From the IMG/VR virus record IMGVR_UViG_3300033153_015063, positions 178,597-242,596 of that record: a stretch of DNA of 64,000 bases; one strand, written 5' to 3'. This document shows positions 63,482 to 64,000 of the stretch, in pieces (the stretch's first letter is position 1; every line of letters begins with the position of its first letter). Position numbers and translations under genes: made by a program. A model generated the notes under the pieces. The model saw nothing but the letters and a program-made list of their open reading frames with translations, was not told the DNA's origin and did not search any database.

Positions 63482-64000
63482 CGAACTCTCTTCTTACATC
63501 CTTTGCGTGTTCTATCACGTCTCCAACACTGTCGCCATCTTCCCAACTGACACCCCTACTCCACTTAATGTCACCATCTCCGTCATAGTAGTAGACAACG
63601 ACAGATTCCTCATAGTGTTCGAAGCCGTACTCACCCTTCCCGGTCCAATATGAACAAACTTCCTGTGTCATCTTCGTCTTTCTGGTCACATGAGCTTTTT
63701 TGATGACGTCTTCGATGGTGTCGCCCTCCTTCCAGTAGGCAACTCCACCCCACGAGAAATTCTTTCCTGAACGACCATAGGATATGACAGTGACTCTCTC
63801 CCCTTTATGTTCGAACGTATATGTGATGCCTTTCAATTTGATTTTATCCAGGTCTCTTGACGTCCTCTCATCCACCACCTTCATAATCTCCAGGAACTCC
63901 TCCTCCGAAAGCTCAGGTGCTTCTCCCACAGGCCCCTTGTATTGTGTCTTTCCTTCCTCGTACTCGTACCTGTATCTGTTACCGGACCCTGGTGGAATCT
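63474..64000 (-). CDS. shared-leader family member 10 (5' end beyond the window)
   Basis: The frame is open to the window edge: IPPGSGNRYRYEYEEGKTQYKGPVGEAPELSEEEFLEIM. Confidence 0.85.
   Translation of the reverse strand, partial: IPPGSGNRYRYEYEEGKTQYKGPVGEAPELSEEEFLEIMKVVDERTSRDLDKIKLKGITYTFEHKGERVTVISYGRSGKNFSWGGVAYWKEGDTIEDVIKKAHVTRKTKMTQEVCSYWTGKGEYGFEHYEESVVVYYYDGDGDIKWSRGVSWEDGDSVGDVIEHAKDVRREFDD

Noticed and set aside
7686-64000. Leader repeats as a diversity-generating retroelement or site-specific shufflon
   Set aside because: No reverse transcriptase or recombinase recognised, differences are not adenine-specific, the conserved part is N-terminal, and all copies are in the same orientation.
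1-64000. Borg-type element
   Set aside because: No pervasive perfect tandem-repeat arrays in genes or intergenic regions, and no methanotroph-type metabolic genes.

Overview
This is a fragment of a large archaeal mobile element, most likely a virus. A large plasmid-like element cannot be excluded, because no capsid, portal or terminase gene is recognisable in the window. Genes are densely packed and mostly on the minus strand, with archaeal TATA-box/leaderless promoters and GGTGA/GGAGG ribosome-binding sites. One gene resembles a Thermoplasmatota-type DNA-binding protein, which hints at the host. The window encodes a near-complete archaeal-style replisome: a split two-gene PolB, RFC large and small subunits, a PCNA-like clamp, an RPA-like protein, a PriS-PriL(CTD) primase, a PriL(CTD)-MCM fusion and an XPD/DinG helicase. 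It also carries a class II ribonucleotide reductase, six DNA methyltransferases, a thymidylate-synthase-family enzyme with the dCMP-type Asp, an aGPT-Pplase/5hmdU-kinase helical-domain protein, a MoxR AAA+/vWA pair, several nucleotide hydrolases (Nudix, MazG-like, two HD, macrodomain), a secreted metalloprotease and a plus-strand VirB4/HerA-like membrane module. The most unusual features are: (1) ten dispersed genes sharing a ~45-aa N-terminal leader fused to unrelated C-terminal payloads, most with their own leaderless promoter and with nucleotide-level mosaicism; (2) a cas-less three-repeat CRISPR mini-array whose last repeat contains the start of a DarG-like macrodomain gene; (3) a shared C-terminal clamp-binding-like tail on the methyltransferases, RFC-L and PolB; (4) a seven-copy promoter cassette; and (5) an unannotated tRNA-like gene with a ~70-nt insertion. 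Family assignments come from motif recognition by eye, not from database searches.
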